DNA of 64,000 nucleotides from contig CM069153.1 in the NCBI GenBank assembly GCA_035221665.1, positions 32,364,001 through 32,428,000 of the forward strand, read 5' to 3'. Positions 49,842 through 62,810 of the stretch are shown here, piece by piece. The translations under genes and the position numbers were made by a program. The notes beneath the pieces were generated by a model, which was not told where the DNA came from, did not search any database, and worked only from the letters and a program-made list of their open reading frames with translations. This DNA comes from Okamejei kenojei (Eukaryota). Position 1 is the stretch's first letter. Each line of letters starts with the position of its first letter.

Positions 49842-52148
49842 AGTGGCTGGATGCATAAGCCTTCTCTTGCTGGTATGAAGCATCGCAGATTCTGATGGCA
49901 AGACCTGAAAGGAGCCTGGGCCTTCAACCCTACTCTCAAACTTTGACTGCTAGCAAGGCCCTGCCACCGTTTTGCAAAGTGTAAAACTGAGTGTTTCCAA
50001 CATTTGAATGTAAGATAAATCAAAAATCTAAAAGTAAAATTAAAAATTACTACATTATGAAATCAAACTACCTAAGATCAATTTGAGAAATACATGAGAC
50101 AAAAGCAGTTGTGTTGAATAGTAGTTGAGCTTACCGTTCCCTTTACTTCCCAGAAGCCCTACACACTCCATTGAAATCAGTGCCAGGCCTCAGTGTCGGA
50201 TCCCCAGGTATAAGTGCTAAGGAAATCCAGCAGGACAGAGCTGAGACGGTGGACTCCCTGGGGAGTCCTGTAACATCTTAGCAAATTTGGTTTCTAAATG
50301 TTGGTGTGTACATTTTGGGATTGTTCTGAAACATGGTCGTTGGCATTTAAACAGAAATACTGGTGTTTTTCATCCGAATCACTAGCAGCTATCAGCAAAG
50401 TCTGGACTGTTGCCGTTGCATGGAGTAGGTCAATTGGCCTCTCCAGCCTGTCCCACTATTCCATAAGATCATAGATGATCTTTCATCTCAGTGCCACTCT
50501 CCTTGATCTTGTATGAAGTACTGGCATTTGTTTTTAAGAGCATTTGTACAGCGCACAGATCTTTGGTTTCTGTAAGGTACTGCTTCAACTTTGTAATTTT
50601 ATAGCACATCTGCATGTTTGTCTGGGACAAGTTGTAAAAAGTACTTTTGGGGTTGAAATCTCACAGTTCTATCAGAGGGAGAGCCTCTGATCACAGCAGT
50701 TGGCTGTGAAACGCGAGTTCAAAAGTATGTCATTTTGAAGGAAACTAGGCCAAAAAAAAAATTAAGTCTTACACCCGTTGTTAAATGTTAAATACTGTAG
50801 CTTGCTTGTGCCAAACTACAGAATCACAGGTTTAAATTATCAGCAGCTGATGGAGTTGATACTAGATTTCCTTTCAGGTGAAACTGCTGAACAGTACATA
50901 GTGTTTATACGATTCTAATCTCTCAAGTTATTCGCAAATGTTGATTCAGTTCCTCATTGTCCCCAAGTCCCCTTTGCATGTACTTATCTAATATCTATTG
51001 AATGACTGGCTGTAGTTAGTTAAGCAATGTGGGCCTCGTAATGATGCTGCGTTCCTGGGTAGTCCTGCAAGGGTCCCAATAAGTCGAATTGTGTTTTTTG
51101 TCCATCATTAGATCTGAATGCGGCAAAATTGAGTAATTATTGGTGCAATAGTAATGTCGTTTGGTTTGTAAATACTGTATGATTGACCATGCACCACAAA
51201 TGCATTAATTTTTACTTTTGTTTTTTAAATACATTGTCTGGGTTGAATGTTGAGATTGTTTGCATTATAACTGGAATGTTCATTGGATAATAGCATCAGA
51301 TTGGACTTGTGGCAAATACTATTAAAAGCAGAGTACAATAAAACTCTGATAATCCACTATCCGATTGCTTGGAAATCCCCATGGTACAGCATCTGACTCA
51401 CTGGGTCTCCATTTACCACATTTCCCTTGTTCCCTGTGCTTCCTTTACACTCGCCGCTTTCACAGGAAATTATACAACAGTGCAGTATCTTTTTTCAAAT
51501 ATTGGAAATGTGTTAGGGTTATAATAGAAGTAACATCCAATAGTGCTGAAAATCTGCCAGTCTGGCACTATCGAACTGCTGGATTATTGGAGTTTTACTG
51601 TATCATGCCATTTGGCGTATCTCATCTATCTTTCTGACAGAAGCCTGTGCATCACCACCACCTCCCCCTGTTGTGATAACTCCGAGAAGGGCAAACAATA
51701 TAACAGATTTATTTTTGCTACTCAAAATTTGAAGCTTTAAACTGCCTTCCAGATGTAATTAAGATGGACTTTCCTTTTCAACACTGCATAGTTTTTTTAA
51801 TAAAAAGGGTAGACTGTAATCTATTTTCCTCCATAGGTTCAAAAGTAAATCTTTCCGTTTATTATTGGCAATCAGCATGCTGCCATTTTGAATCCAATGG
51901 CTTTGGGCTTTGTGACCAACATTAAGTTATACTTGCACATGTAGTTGAAAACTGTCAGTCTTATTCTAGTGCGGGCTTCAGTTTGGCAATGGATGATGGT
52001 CGAAAGCCTCTAATGCCACAGACAATTGTGTTTCAGTGGCATTTTATAAATCATGTACATTGTGTAAATGTTAGAGATATTTAATAATGTTGCACTGTTT
52101 TAATTTTTACTATGGAAGCTTGTAACTTGTAAAACAAATTGCAAAGGG

Positions 52149-52154
52149 AATAAA
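52149..52154 (+). terminator. Candidate distal polyadenylation signal of TMEM94 (AATAAA)
   Basis: AATAAA preceded by a U-rich region with several TGTA motifs and followed by GT-rich ggagtgtttgatctcttg. Other AATAAA sites lie at 47100, 51337 and 51799. Confidence 0.55.
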
Positions 52155-52426
52155 TAGTATCTTTGGAGTGTTTGATCTCTTGCTGACTGGTACATTATGA
52201 TGTGATTTGAAGGGCTGCATGAGTTTCAGTCATTATCTTAGGTAGTCCCTCCGAGTTAAGGATGACTCGCTGCCGCTTACAGAGACCACTACAGCACAGG
52301 AATGGGAACTTCAGACGTATTTTTTGTATTAAAATTAATAAGACTTTTAATTTAAAAGAGAACATTTACAATGGTGTTGCCTGGACGTGAGGAACTGGTC
52401 TTCCAGCTGCAGTTCCAGTTCCCTAA

Positions 52427-52707
52427 TGCAACCTTGTCCCACTTAGGAAACCTGAACGGAAACCTCTGGAGACTTTGTGCCCCGCCCAAGGTTTCCGTGC
52501 AGTTCCCGGAGGATTTTGTCAGTCTCCCTAATGGTCGAAAGTGGTTTCCGTTTTAAAAATCAGTAATATTTTAGTCTAAGCCGGTTGCGATGCTAGTTGA
52601 AGGTGGTTGCCGGAGGACGAAAACCTCCGGGAACCGCACGGAAACCTTGGGTGGGGCGCAAAGTCTCCAGAGGTTTCCGTTCAGGTTTCCTAAGTGGGAC
52701 AGGGGCA
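52427..52707. mobile_element. PIF/Harbinger-type MITE with long (about 85-bp) TIRs
   Basis: ttgtcccacttaggaaacctgaacggaaacctctggagacttt... mirrored at the right end. TAA at 52424-52426 and 52708-52710. Confidence 0.85.
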
Positions 52708-53658
52708 TAAAGGAACTGCATCTGGACACAATTCCCACAGGTGTAATCATCAGGGACCGGCAATTTCCCTGACTTCCCATATCCTGCAGGGGGAATGTTG
52801 CACAATTCTACCTGCCATCACTATGGCTTCAAAACCAAGAAAATAAAGCACAGCATGCACAAGAAACACCAGACTGTACCTTTACCTCCTGCCCCCCTCT
52901 GCTCATTCTCCTTGCCAAAGCCACTTGAGCCAAAGTTTCACACTTGCCTCCACACACCCTCTCCCCTAATGCGGCTGCCCTGCACCCTGCCTTTTTTTAA
53001 AATTTGCTGCTCAATTAGCCAATTTTGATAATTCAAGCAATCTACAGACTGTCTTGAAATCTCCCACTGCTACTCGACACTGAAATACTCAAATCAAACT
53101 GCTGCCTTTTGAAGTGTACTGCAGCCAAATAACTGGCAAACATCACGCTTGTGAATGTGTTGTGAATTGTTACATGGGCATGAGTGCTGGGTGCTGGGTG
53201 CAGCTGGTTAGAGCTTTCTTTCAGTAGTTGCTGAGAAAGCAAACGGATGTGCTCTCCCTGCACCTATTGCAGTGAATTGCACACTGGTCTCTGGTAGACA
53301 TCCCACTAACAGCTGTGGCAATCTTGTATGTGATGCATCAGAGGCAGTTTTAACTTGACTTTGGTTAATGTGCTTGTTGCTAAAATTCCAGCCGTCCCAT
53401 AGCAACTTGCATGCCCATCTGCCACGGCCAATGTTTAGGCCGAGAAATTGTCCACCTCGTCAGACATGGATGAGGTTCCCTGACTCCAGATCCGGTCCAT
53501 GCCACAGAAATTCATATCTTCATGGGTCTTAGTTTCCTTCCCAGATAATATACATCCAGAAGGGCATCTTGTTGCCTGCGACAAACAAGATGAATGTGGA
53601 GATGACAGTTACAAAATCCTGATATGTACTGCTTTCTGGGAAAGCAAACCTCTTCTCT

Positions 53659-53690
<32 letters not shown>

Positions 53691-54014
53691 ACCTTGACCA
53701 CAATGCACGGGTCATCTCTAATTGTAAGGAGTATAGACATTTGAAATCCAGTTCAGGCGATTGGGCTTTTTTCGATATTGAAGAAAGAATACTGAGTCTG
53801 GAATCTGGGAAGAGCTTTGCAGATATAATAAAGGAGTAATTAACAATTTAGGCCCTACTTCCACTTTGTAGCATCAATTCTCAGTTTTTTTTCCTGCTCG
53901 AAACCAGATAGCAAAAGCCAATGAATGGCCTGGATGATTTAACCCCTCCAAAAAAGATCGCTTTTAATGATGGATAGTGGGTTCCTGAATTTTAAGTTGG
54001 TGTCAGGGTCCTGT

Positions 54015-54142
54015 GCATCTTTGGAGTGTGGGAGGAAACCAAAGTTCTCGGAGAACGTACAGACAAGCATCAGGATCGAACCCGGGTCTCTGGCTTGTTA
54101 GCGCTGTAAGGCAGCAACTCTATTGCTACGCCACTGTGCTGC
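54015..54142 (-). mobile_element. Truncated V-SINE
   Basis: tRNA head with ggttcgatcc B-box on the minus strand and a partial V-core. Confidence 0.75.
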
Positions 54143-54507
54143 ACTGTGGGGTTACCTTTGGGGTTGTGGGTTGTTAATGGTGCTTTAGCAATGAGCAGTT
54201 TTGTTCCTGTTTCAAATCCTAAGTCAGGGTGTCCAGTGACAGTACATAACACAACCCACACTAAACACTTCAGGCCAGTGAAATTAGCCACAATTCTTAC
54301 TCTGCTCTATTGATTCAACTTCTGAAGGCTGGGAAATAAATCGCACACAAGCTTGTGTTTTTGCAGTTATGCAGGTAAAAATTGAAATTCTTGATCACAC
54401 AATGTTAGAAATTTCAGAATACACAGTATACACATTTGCTACAATAATACAAGTCAGTAAGTTGTACTTTACATAGATCAAACTTTTACATAGCTCAAAA
54501 CAGCATT

Positions 54508-54513
54508 TTTATT
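54508..54513 (-). terminator. Candidate polyadenylation signal of the Caskin gene (AATAAA on minus strand)
   Basis: tttatt on the plus strand within an AT-rich, TGTA-rich UTR-like region. An alternative ATTAAA lies at 52346-52351. Confidence 0.4.
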
Positions 54514-57500
54514 GTTACATTGTGCCTTTCTCCCTTTGTTAACATTAACTGTTCCCAGAATTCTGTGCACTAATTAATCTTACAGCAGTTAAGAATTCTT
54601 AATAAATCCAGTGTAGTGTCCCTATTCGCCCAACCAACTTTCAATCCGTCTCCTGGAGATTCCGTCTGGGACATTTGGTACATTTATAGGAAGAGAAGAA
54701 AATATTTTTAAAAAATATATATTATTCTGTAAGGTAGGAGCAGATAGGTATTTACATTATAAACGTGCACGATCGCAGCAGGCAGCATTGTGCTTGGATC
54801 CGGGTGTGATGTACGCTGACTACCACTGTCACAGGCCATCACTCACCGCGACAATGCTATGGAATCTGCTGTTTATTTACAAGCAGGAATCTATAGGATT
54901 AAGAGTGTCAGTGAATGGTGGCCGTGTGCCCTTCCTGCCTGGCAACTCTATGCCCTCGGAGGTTATACTGGAGGTTGAGCCAGGCTGGCGTATCTCATGA
55001 GGCCAGAGTCCAAACAACAGACTCATCAAAGCACACGTGCTCATGTAACCGGGAGCATCTCCATCCGCTTTGTGGAATGCCGCTGTGCTAATCCAGTCAT
55101 TGCATTGCCCTGCATCACAATGACCAGTGTCGCTAAAGCCACTTTATAATTGCCAGTTTAAGGTATATCACATCACTTCTATGTAAGTGTTGAGCCTGTT
55201 ACATCTGCGCGTCATTATTCATTTAGTTTCAGTCTTGTAAATGCCAAACATCAAATTCATACATTTATGCTGTGAAGTGTAACATGGGTATAGCTGGGTG
55301 TGGTTGCATTGATGTTTCACCCAGCAGTTGCTGAGAAACCAAACACTGATGTGCCCTCCCCAATGGTCAATTGTATTGGAGTGAACTGCATACTAGTTTC
55401 TGCTAGACATCTCACTCACAGCTACGGAAATCTTGTATATGATGTGTCAAAGGCAGGTTTACTGGTCCAGAGTGTAAAGTCCTCAGTTCCAAATATAGTC
55501 ACACAGCACAGAAATAGGCCATTTGGCCCAATGTCCAAGTTGACTGAAACGCTCCTGTCTGAGCTGGTCCCATGTAGCCGTGTTTGGCCCATATCTCTCC
55601 AGACCTTTCCTAAGCACGTCCTCCATTTTCTTTTCTTTAGTAGTAGATGAAGTGGGTCAAATAATCTGGGAATTAATCTGATCGTGTCTTAGATCCCTGG
55701 AAGTATGCGATACAGAAATAGGCCCTGTGCCGCACTTTGCCAACCGTCAACGCTCCATTTACACCAATCTCATTCTCTTCCCATCTCCATCAATCACCCC
55801 ACCAGATTCTAACACTCAGCTATTCGAGGCCCTGAGTTGGATCAGAACTCTGTGGAGTTCGGAGAGCAGCTGAGTGTGGTTGGGCTAACCAACGCAGAAA
55901 TATCCAGTCACACAAAACTGCTCCATTTGGAAGTTCTCCCCCAACCGCTCCTTTTCCACCCGGACCATCAAACTTAATGCCCAGACTGTGACAGCTCCTA
56001 CAGCTAATAAACAGGCAGGGGAAATAATGCAGTGCCATGCAGCTGATTTCTGAAGGCAGACTGCTCCTACAGCTTATTTTAATCTTTGGTCTATCACAGG
56101 TCTCTGCTGTTTACTCTGACAGGCAATGAAATTCAGTCTAACTCTCCAGTAGTAATTAATGGTCATTACTTTCAACCAACTGGGGTAGGTGCACAGCGCA
56201 GGGCATTGTTTTGCTTTTGTTATTGTTGTTTCCCATTTCAATACTCATAAGGAAGGGCAATTTTCACCTATGAGGCCACAAATTACAAGTCTTACAGCAA
56301 TGTCTTGGGTGTCTGTGGCAATGGCTTGCCCTGGAAATGTTTCAGGCAAAGCACAAATATATAACAAACAAAATGTCAAGAACCCTCGCGAGACAAGTAA
56401 CTCTTCCTACACCAAGGATCACAAACTCTGCCAGGGCTTGTGTCAAATGGACCCACAGTGATGGATGGCAATGCTGGAGTAATCTGCTATAACAGCTCAA
56501 CTCAACTGCACTGGGAAAAAAAACGGCTTGACATTTCTTGCTACTTTTGGTAGAAGTCAACGAGGTATGCAGAACTACAATGCTGTTTTTCCTAATGTAA
56601 AATGTGTGCCCTGGGGTTACGAACCACATACCAGTGAAAATAGTTTCACCTTCCATATTAAAGCTGAGCCTTTCATCATTTGGGATTGACGCATGGAACT
56701 GATGATGACCTGGGATTGTGGTTATACCAAAGCCTGGGATTCTCAATGCAATTCCCAACGACAGTGGAAGGCCCTTGCGCGTATGAGGAGGTGCCACTGA
56801 GTCATTTGAATAGCAGTGCCAACTGCTTCATTCCTTCCTTTTTCCTGAAGCAAAGAGGGCAGTTTCAGTAAAACCCAGTTGTGAACGGTCAGTGTTCCTG
56901 ACTCTGATCCTTTCAGGCATCCAAGGCACTGCAATCCATTACCATCAGAAATCAGTAAAATGCACACACTAGGTTTGTACTGATATGCTTTACACGGCAG
57001 CTTGCAATTATTGTGTTAACACATTTTTTAAAACATGCACGCGCACACACACATTTTCACATATGTACTGACATGCCAGGAAAGGCACACAAACTGTTGT
57101 AAAAAGAGCTGTGGTAATTACAGGGCATGCACTGGGATTCTGCAACCAAATTAGATTTGGACCAATAATCAGAACCTGTTTGTGAAATACTGACCTTGGT
57201 TTAAATATCTCGCTTTCTGCCACTGTGCTGTTTTAGAAAAATATTTTGTTTTTACATTGCAAGGTTCAGTTTGTTAATACACAAATCATTTTCATGATCA
57301 TTTTCTGACATACTGAACTGTGAACTAAGTATTCATAAGAAATGCTCCTTTCCAGGGGAATTAACGGCATCTGGCAATCTTACAGTTCAGGCGAAGAAGA
57401 TAGCGATAAGCAACAATATCAGGGCTACTCGGACCAGACTATCAAACACGTGACAAATAATTGACCATGTTTCACTGGCAATGGTTCACTCTATCAGCGA

Positions 57501-59399
57501 GAGACACTTAAATATGAGGACAGATCGGTGCCATTCTCTCGGGCATTATAAAGGGAAGGATGAAAAGGAGGAGAACACCTGAGTGAATCTAAGAGGTGAG
57601 CATTTCAGGAAAGCACACCAGGCTGGGGAGAAAATCTGAATTAATGCCTGCAGTCACTCGAAGCAGCTAAACTATTTGGTGAGGAGAATGTTGTCGTGGA
57701 TCTTGCAGCAGCAGCAGAATGTTCAAAGGTTTTCGAGAAGAAAGAATGAAAAGTTTGAAAGGATGAGACCAATTTATCTCCCAGCAAACGTCATTGCCAA
57801 TCGCAGCCCACAGAAAGCAACAATGACCTGTGTGTTTACACAGCAAATGCAAAGCCTCTGCAACTGTAAACTAGAGAGAACCAAACCTGAACAGGAATGT
57901 TCAAAATAAGTTATTGATTTAAACCTATTTGGTGCTGCAATAAATCATATGTGCTTGGGCCAAGATCAGACTTTCCCGAGACTTGGCCGTTGCAAGACGG
58001 CCACTCTATGCGTGCTGTACCTGAAGAGGATCTATTGTACTTGTGTACGGTATGATCTGAATGGATAGCACGCAGAACAAGCATTTCACGTCATCTCTGC
58101 GCAACGTGGCTACACGTAAACTAAACTAAACAATGCCAAAGTGGAATGTTGGGGGATTTGGTTGAGTACACACGCTGGAAGTCATTAAAAGCCAAGTTCC
58201 CACATGGACACTGATGCGCAGAAGGCTTCACCCACGAGGAATTGGTCGCTATCCTGCACTGACAGCCAACAGCAAGTTTGGATTCCCAAACCGCACGGAA
58301 TTCGATCGTAAGTTTCAACCCAAACGTGATTACCTCCGCAGTCTGTGGGAAGGACAGCAGCTTGCATTTATACAGCGCCAAGAGTGAAGTGAAGCAAGCC
58401 CTCAAGGCACTGCACAAGTGTGTGGGTCCTGAAATCCTGTGGGCACATTTGGTTGGCACCAACTCTCAGATGAGTTGCTCTGAGTTCTGCAGCTTTACCT
58501 TTTGCCTGAATAATGATAGGAATTATAATGACCTACATTTGTCTTTTGCGCACCTGGAAACAATAAACATCCTTGCTTTTTTAAGATTAGACATTATAGT
58601 GTTAAGCTTGGGTGGTGATACAGGTAGTGTCCTCTTTGTAAGTGCTGCCTTGCAAGTGGACCACCAGTCATCTTTGAAGCTTGCAGACATACACTGCAGA
58701 TGCTGGAATCAAAGTGCTGGAGGAATTCAACGAGGCAGGCAGCGTATGTCGAAGGAATGGACAGACAATGTTTTGGGTCGGGACATTCTTCAGACTGATG
58801 GAAACATTTCGGGTCGGGTTTTTATCTAAGAAGCTCGTGACTGCCTGTGAAACTCAGCACTCGAAAATTGACTGATTCTAATCAACGGGTATTTTTACAT
58901 TGAGTGCAATTATGAATCTCCAACGACAGTAGTTTGTAGATCTTTGTCCAGTGCAACTGATCTAGAACCTTCTCTTCTGTCAGCCGAGCCAGGTCGACAT
59001 ATTGTGCTTTAACTCATTTAAGTGCTCATTGCAGGGTCAGTTGAAGCCGACAGTGTGGGAAATATCTATACACGTTTTATAAAAATAAAAGGAATACAAT
59101 GCAGTGTCTTCTGATGCCCGTGGTTAGTGTTCATAGTACTTGGTTAAAAGCTGCCAGCATTTTGCCATGATAGCAGCTGCAGGGAATTCAGCCTGAAGCC
59201 AACCTTTGGGGAGGTTCACCCTCAACCAAGCCCTGGGAATCAAGTGCAGCATAAGTCTATCAGTGTCCATTCCTGCCTCGAACATGGGCTTCCCAGTCGA
59301 TGTTCCCTGGGCATCCAGCCCGCGGCAGTGCAGAACTCTCTGCTGGGACCGATGGCCTCACTGTGGAAAGGAAAGGGTCAGCTTGCAGAAGCACTCTGG

Positions 59400-59493
59400 T
59401 CAGTCTAACATAGCGTCCAGTTGATCAGCGAGGTCATCAAACATGCTTCCGATGTCATCCAGGATGTTGCCGGCAGACTTCGTGGAATTGGAG
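59400..59493 (-). CDS. CASKIN2: Caskin last coding exon ([30 protein letters not shown])
   Basis: The minus-strand translation matches the conserved Caskin C-terminal tail. cag| acceptor, TGA stop, phase 2 matches the upstream exon. The paralog is assigned by synteny with TMEM94. Confidence 0.9.
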
Positions 59494-59647
59494 CTGGGGG
59501 AAGCAAAGGCAGAGGAAGCAATGAGGGAGGCCCAAATGTCTGCTAGAGCAATGTAAAGAGTTGGTCAAAGTCTGAAGAAACCCTCGAGGACCTCCACTAG
59601 GGCCAGAATACCAGCCAAGGTGCCGGGGCAGGGGTGGATGCTGAGAT

Positions 59648-59950
59648 AGCATCGTAGAGCAAGGGAAAAAGCCCTTGGGCCCGCTGTGTCTACACTGACC
59701 ATTTACACTCATCGTACCTTCGTCCCAATCATTCCAATCAAATCTCCCTGGACTCTACCACTCACTTTCACACCCGGGACCAATTTACAGTGACCGATTA
59801 ATCTATCGCCCACATCTTTGAGATGTGGGAGGAAACTGGCGCACCGCGAGGAAACCCACAGGGTGAATATGCAAACTTCACGCAGCGAGCTCTGGAGGTC
59901 AGGGCTGAAGCTGGGTTCTGGGAGTTGTGAGTCACCAGCTCCAGCCGTGG
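59648..59950 (-). mobile_element. V-SINE in the last Caskin intron
   Basis: V-core tttgcatattcaccctgtgggtttcctcgcggtgcgccagtttcctcccaca on the minus strand. Confidence 0.75.
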
Positions 59951-61507
59951 TCCATCCCTTCCTCTGACAGTGTTGTACAAGTCTAAATGCCCCAAAACAA
60001 TAGTCACCGTTGAACCCAATAGCTGCTAGAGGAGAAAGGTCAGCACATCGTGAGTAAGGCCATCTCACTGCTACTTTGACCCCATGTCCTCAGTTGCAAT
60101 ACCGTTCCCATGAAGCATAATGTGAGCTGGGTGAACATCATCTCCCAGTTCTCGACACATTCCTGCCTCCCCCACCTGGCAGCAAAACTTTCTAAATATC
60201 ACCACTCTGCTATTTCTGTTTAAGATGTCCAGCATTCACCCCCTAATTATTCTGCACTCATATCTTTCCAGGGCCATCATTTTTTTTTCCTGAACATCCT
60301 CTTTCACCTGGAAGCACCCCACCTCCCTCTACCTGTCACTGAATTCCTTCTGCTCCCATTTAGTTCATCATAGAGCCTCCCATTCCTGGGCGTAGGTCCT
60401 TGTCCTCAACCAAACTCAGGTTCTCCTGTCACAGATGTTGCCTGGCTGGAAGTATCTCCAGCACAATCCGTTTTTGGTTATGAAAAGCTTTATTTGAGTT
60501 TACAACCAGCTATCTGAATATAGGGGAAGAGAAGATGCCGAACAAAAGATTAGCATACAAAATCAGGTGTTATTACATTTGCATGGCTAGAGGATTGGTT
60601 ATGGGACAGAAATATTCAGAAAAAACAGTTCACTTTCAAGACAGCAAGATATAACAAGAATATTTCTGCTAACTCTCCATGGCTCTTGGCTGTGTGCAAT
60701 TTGCATTGGTGAGTACACTGTGTATATTATACTCAAGTTTGCGGATGATCCAAAACTAGGGAATGTAAAATATGAGGCGGATATGATATGAGTCTGCAGA
60801 GCAAGTGGGTAACAAATTATATATCAAGAGGAGGAAAGTTAGCATTTGTGTTGGAAATAACTTTATTTTTTAATTTTTATTTTTTAAATTCGTATAACTG
60901 GGAAATAGCATTGCGTTGTCTCTTACTTGAAGACAATGACATTAAAGTTGAATCAAATCAACTAAAAAATAGGAAGGCAAAGTTTTTTTTTCACAAAGAT
61001 GAGAAGATTAGTGTTGAGATTTAAAGTTCAGGAAATCCTGGTAGCAGAATCACAAGAAACATGCAGTTAAAATTAACGAGCATTTAAAGCAAGCAAACAG
61101 GAAACCAAACATTATGAAGCAGATTTCAAAAAAGGATGGGAGTGTTAGATCAAGGCGGGAGTCCTGCATCAAACTGGGGCTTGGTGAGACCCTACCTGAA
61201 AAACGGGGCGCGTTTTGGTTTCTTTATCTAAGGAAGGATGTACTGTGTTTAGACCTGGAGTGAGTGCAATGAAGGATCATTAGAGTGATGAGAGGAGTCT
61301 CCTAAGGAGAGATTAGACCTTCACATTTAGCTGACATCTACTTGGTGATGGAGACGATGAATGTTTGTCGGAGGATCAGCCACGTAGGATGGAGAGGAGG
61401 AGACATCTCGTTACCCATTGCCTGGTAGTCTCCACTCTGGAGTGTGGGCATGCAGTTGAGAAAAATATTCAAGACAGATATTGAAAGACTTTGATAGGGT
61501 AAGAGAA

Positions 61508-62275
61508 TCATAGAAACATAGAAAATAGGTGCAGGAATAGGCCATTCAGCCCTTTGAGCCAGCAGCACCAATCGATATGGTCATGGCTAATCATTCAAAA
61601 TCAGTATCCCGTTCCTGCTTTCTCCCCATATCCCTTGAATCCGTTAGCCCGTCATCTTCTTATTGAGTCCACAACCAAGATTAGAAGTTGTTCAGCCAGA
61701 GCTGAACACATTTCTCAGCATCTGCATACAATGGTGCCTGTCTTGTCTCTTCTTGTGCGTGGTGGTGGAAACAGGGCTGCAACATGAACGCTCTTTCCTT
61801 GACCCCCCCCCCCCCCCCCCCCAGACCTCGTTAGTCCTAACAGCTAAATATCTCTCTATTGAAAACATCCAGTGAATTGGCCTCCATTGCCTTGTGCAGC
61901 AGAGAATTCCACAGATTCACAACTTTCTGGGTGAAAAAGGTTTTCCTCATCTCAGTTCTAAATGGCCTACCCCTTATTCTTACACTGTGATCCCTGGTTC
62001 TGGACTCCCCCAACATCGGGAACATTTTTCCTGTATCTAGCCTGTCTAATTCCTTAAGAATTTAATATGTTTCTGCGAATATAAGCCCAGTCGACCCATT
62101 CTTTCATCATATGTCAATGCCGCCATCCCGAGAATTAACCTTGTGAACCTACGCTGCACTCCCTCAATAGCAAGAATGTCCTTCCTCAAATTAGGAGACC
62201 ATAACTGCACACAATACTTCAGGTGTGGTCTCATCAGGGCCCTGTACAATTGCAGAAGGACCTCCTTGCTCCAAG
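61508..62275 (-). mobile_element. CR1 3' fragment interrupted by a 178-bp unknown insert
   Basis: ORFs 61837-62025 and 62046-62282(-) are CR1 RT C-terminal remnants. The insert spans 61651-61828. Confidence 0.85.
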
Positions 62276-62503
62276 ACTCCAATCAAGTCATACAGGGAGA
62301 GCAGAGTATTTATTTTAGAAAGATGTTGAAGGTAGAAGCTAGGATAGCAGATCTGCCATGAAGTTACTGACTGATGTAGCAGAATGTTAATCTCTTCCTT
62401 CTGTTTTGCCAGTTTGCCTCCTCTCCCCACTGTAGGATGGATTGCTCAGTGAGAGGTGTATTCGCGGTGTTACAGGAGATGGGTGCTCATTGCCACTGGT
62501 TAC

Positions 62504-62810
62504 CTTGCTCTGCCACAATCTTCTTGAGTCAGTTTCTGCTCCACGGCATGGAGCGCTGCCTCCAGGCAACTGCTGGTCTGCTCCAGTCGCTGGTGAGCAC
62601 GTGCTGCCTGTGGGGCCGAGGCTGTGGGCCCAGAGGCACCCCCTGGGCCCGGCAGCTGGGCATGGGATGGGAGCCTTGGTGTGGCGGGGCCCGGACTGCT
62701 GACCTGCGGAGACCTGCCGGCTCTGGGACTGCTGAGGTGCAGGCCTCGGGCTGCGGCAGGCTTCGGGGGGGTGGGCAGGCTGGGCAGAGGAGACTGCTTG
62801 TGGCAGGCTT
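62504..62810 (-). CDS. CASKIN2: Caskin penultimate coding exon, Pro-rich plus AHQRLEQTSSCLEAALHAVEQKLTQED
   Basis: Lies in ORF 62500-62841(-). tttatttcag| acceptor and |gtaacc donor, 307 nt, phase 1/2, matches the Caskin motif xLExTSxxLxAALxAxExK. Confidence 0.9.

Noticed and set aside
29253-53690. Long poly-C runs (29253, 41161, 53659, also 13142 and 61803) as functional G-quadruplex elements
   Set aside because: They are simple homopolymer microsatellites with unreliable length and no shared flanks or other support.
58278-58829. 183-aa ORF on the plus strand
   Set aside because: It has a non-ATG start, no homology, runs into a PLE terminal repeat and lies antisense to the Caskin 3' UTR.
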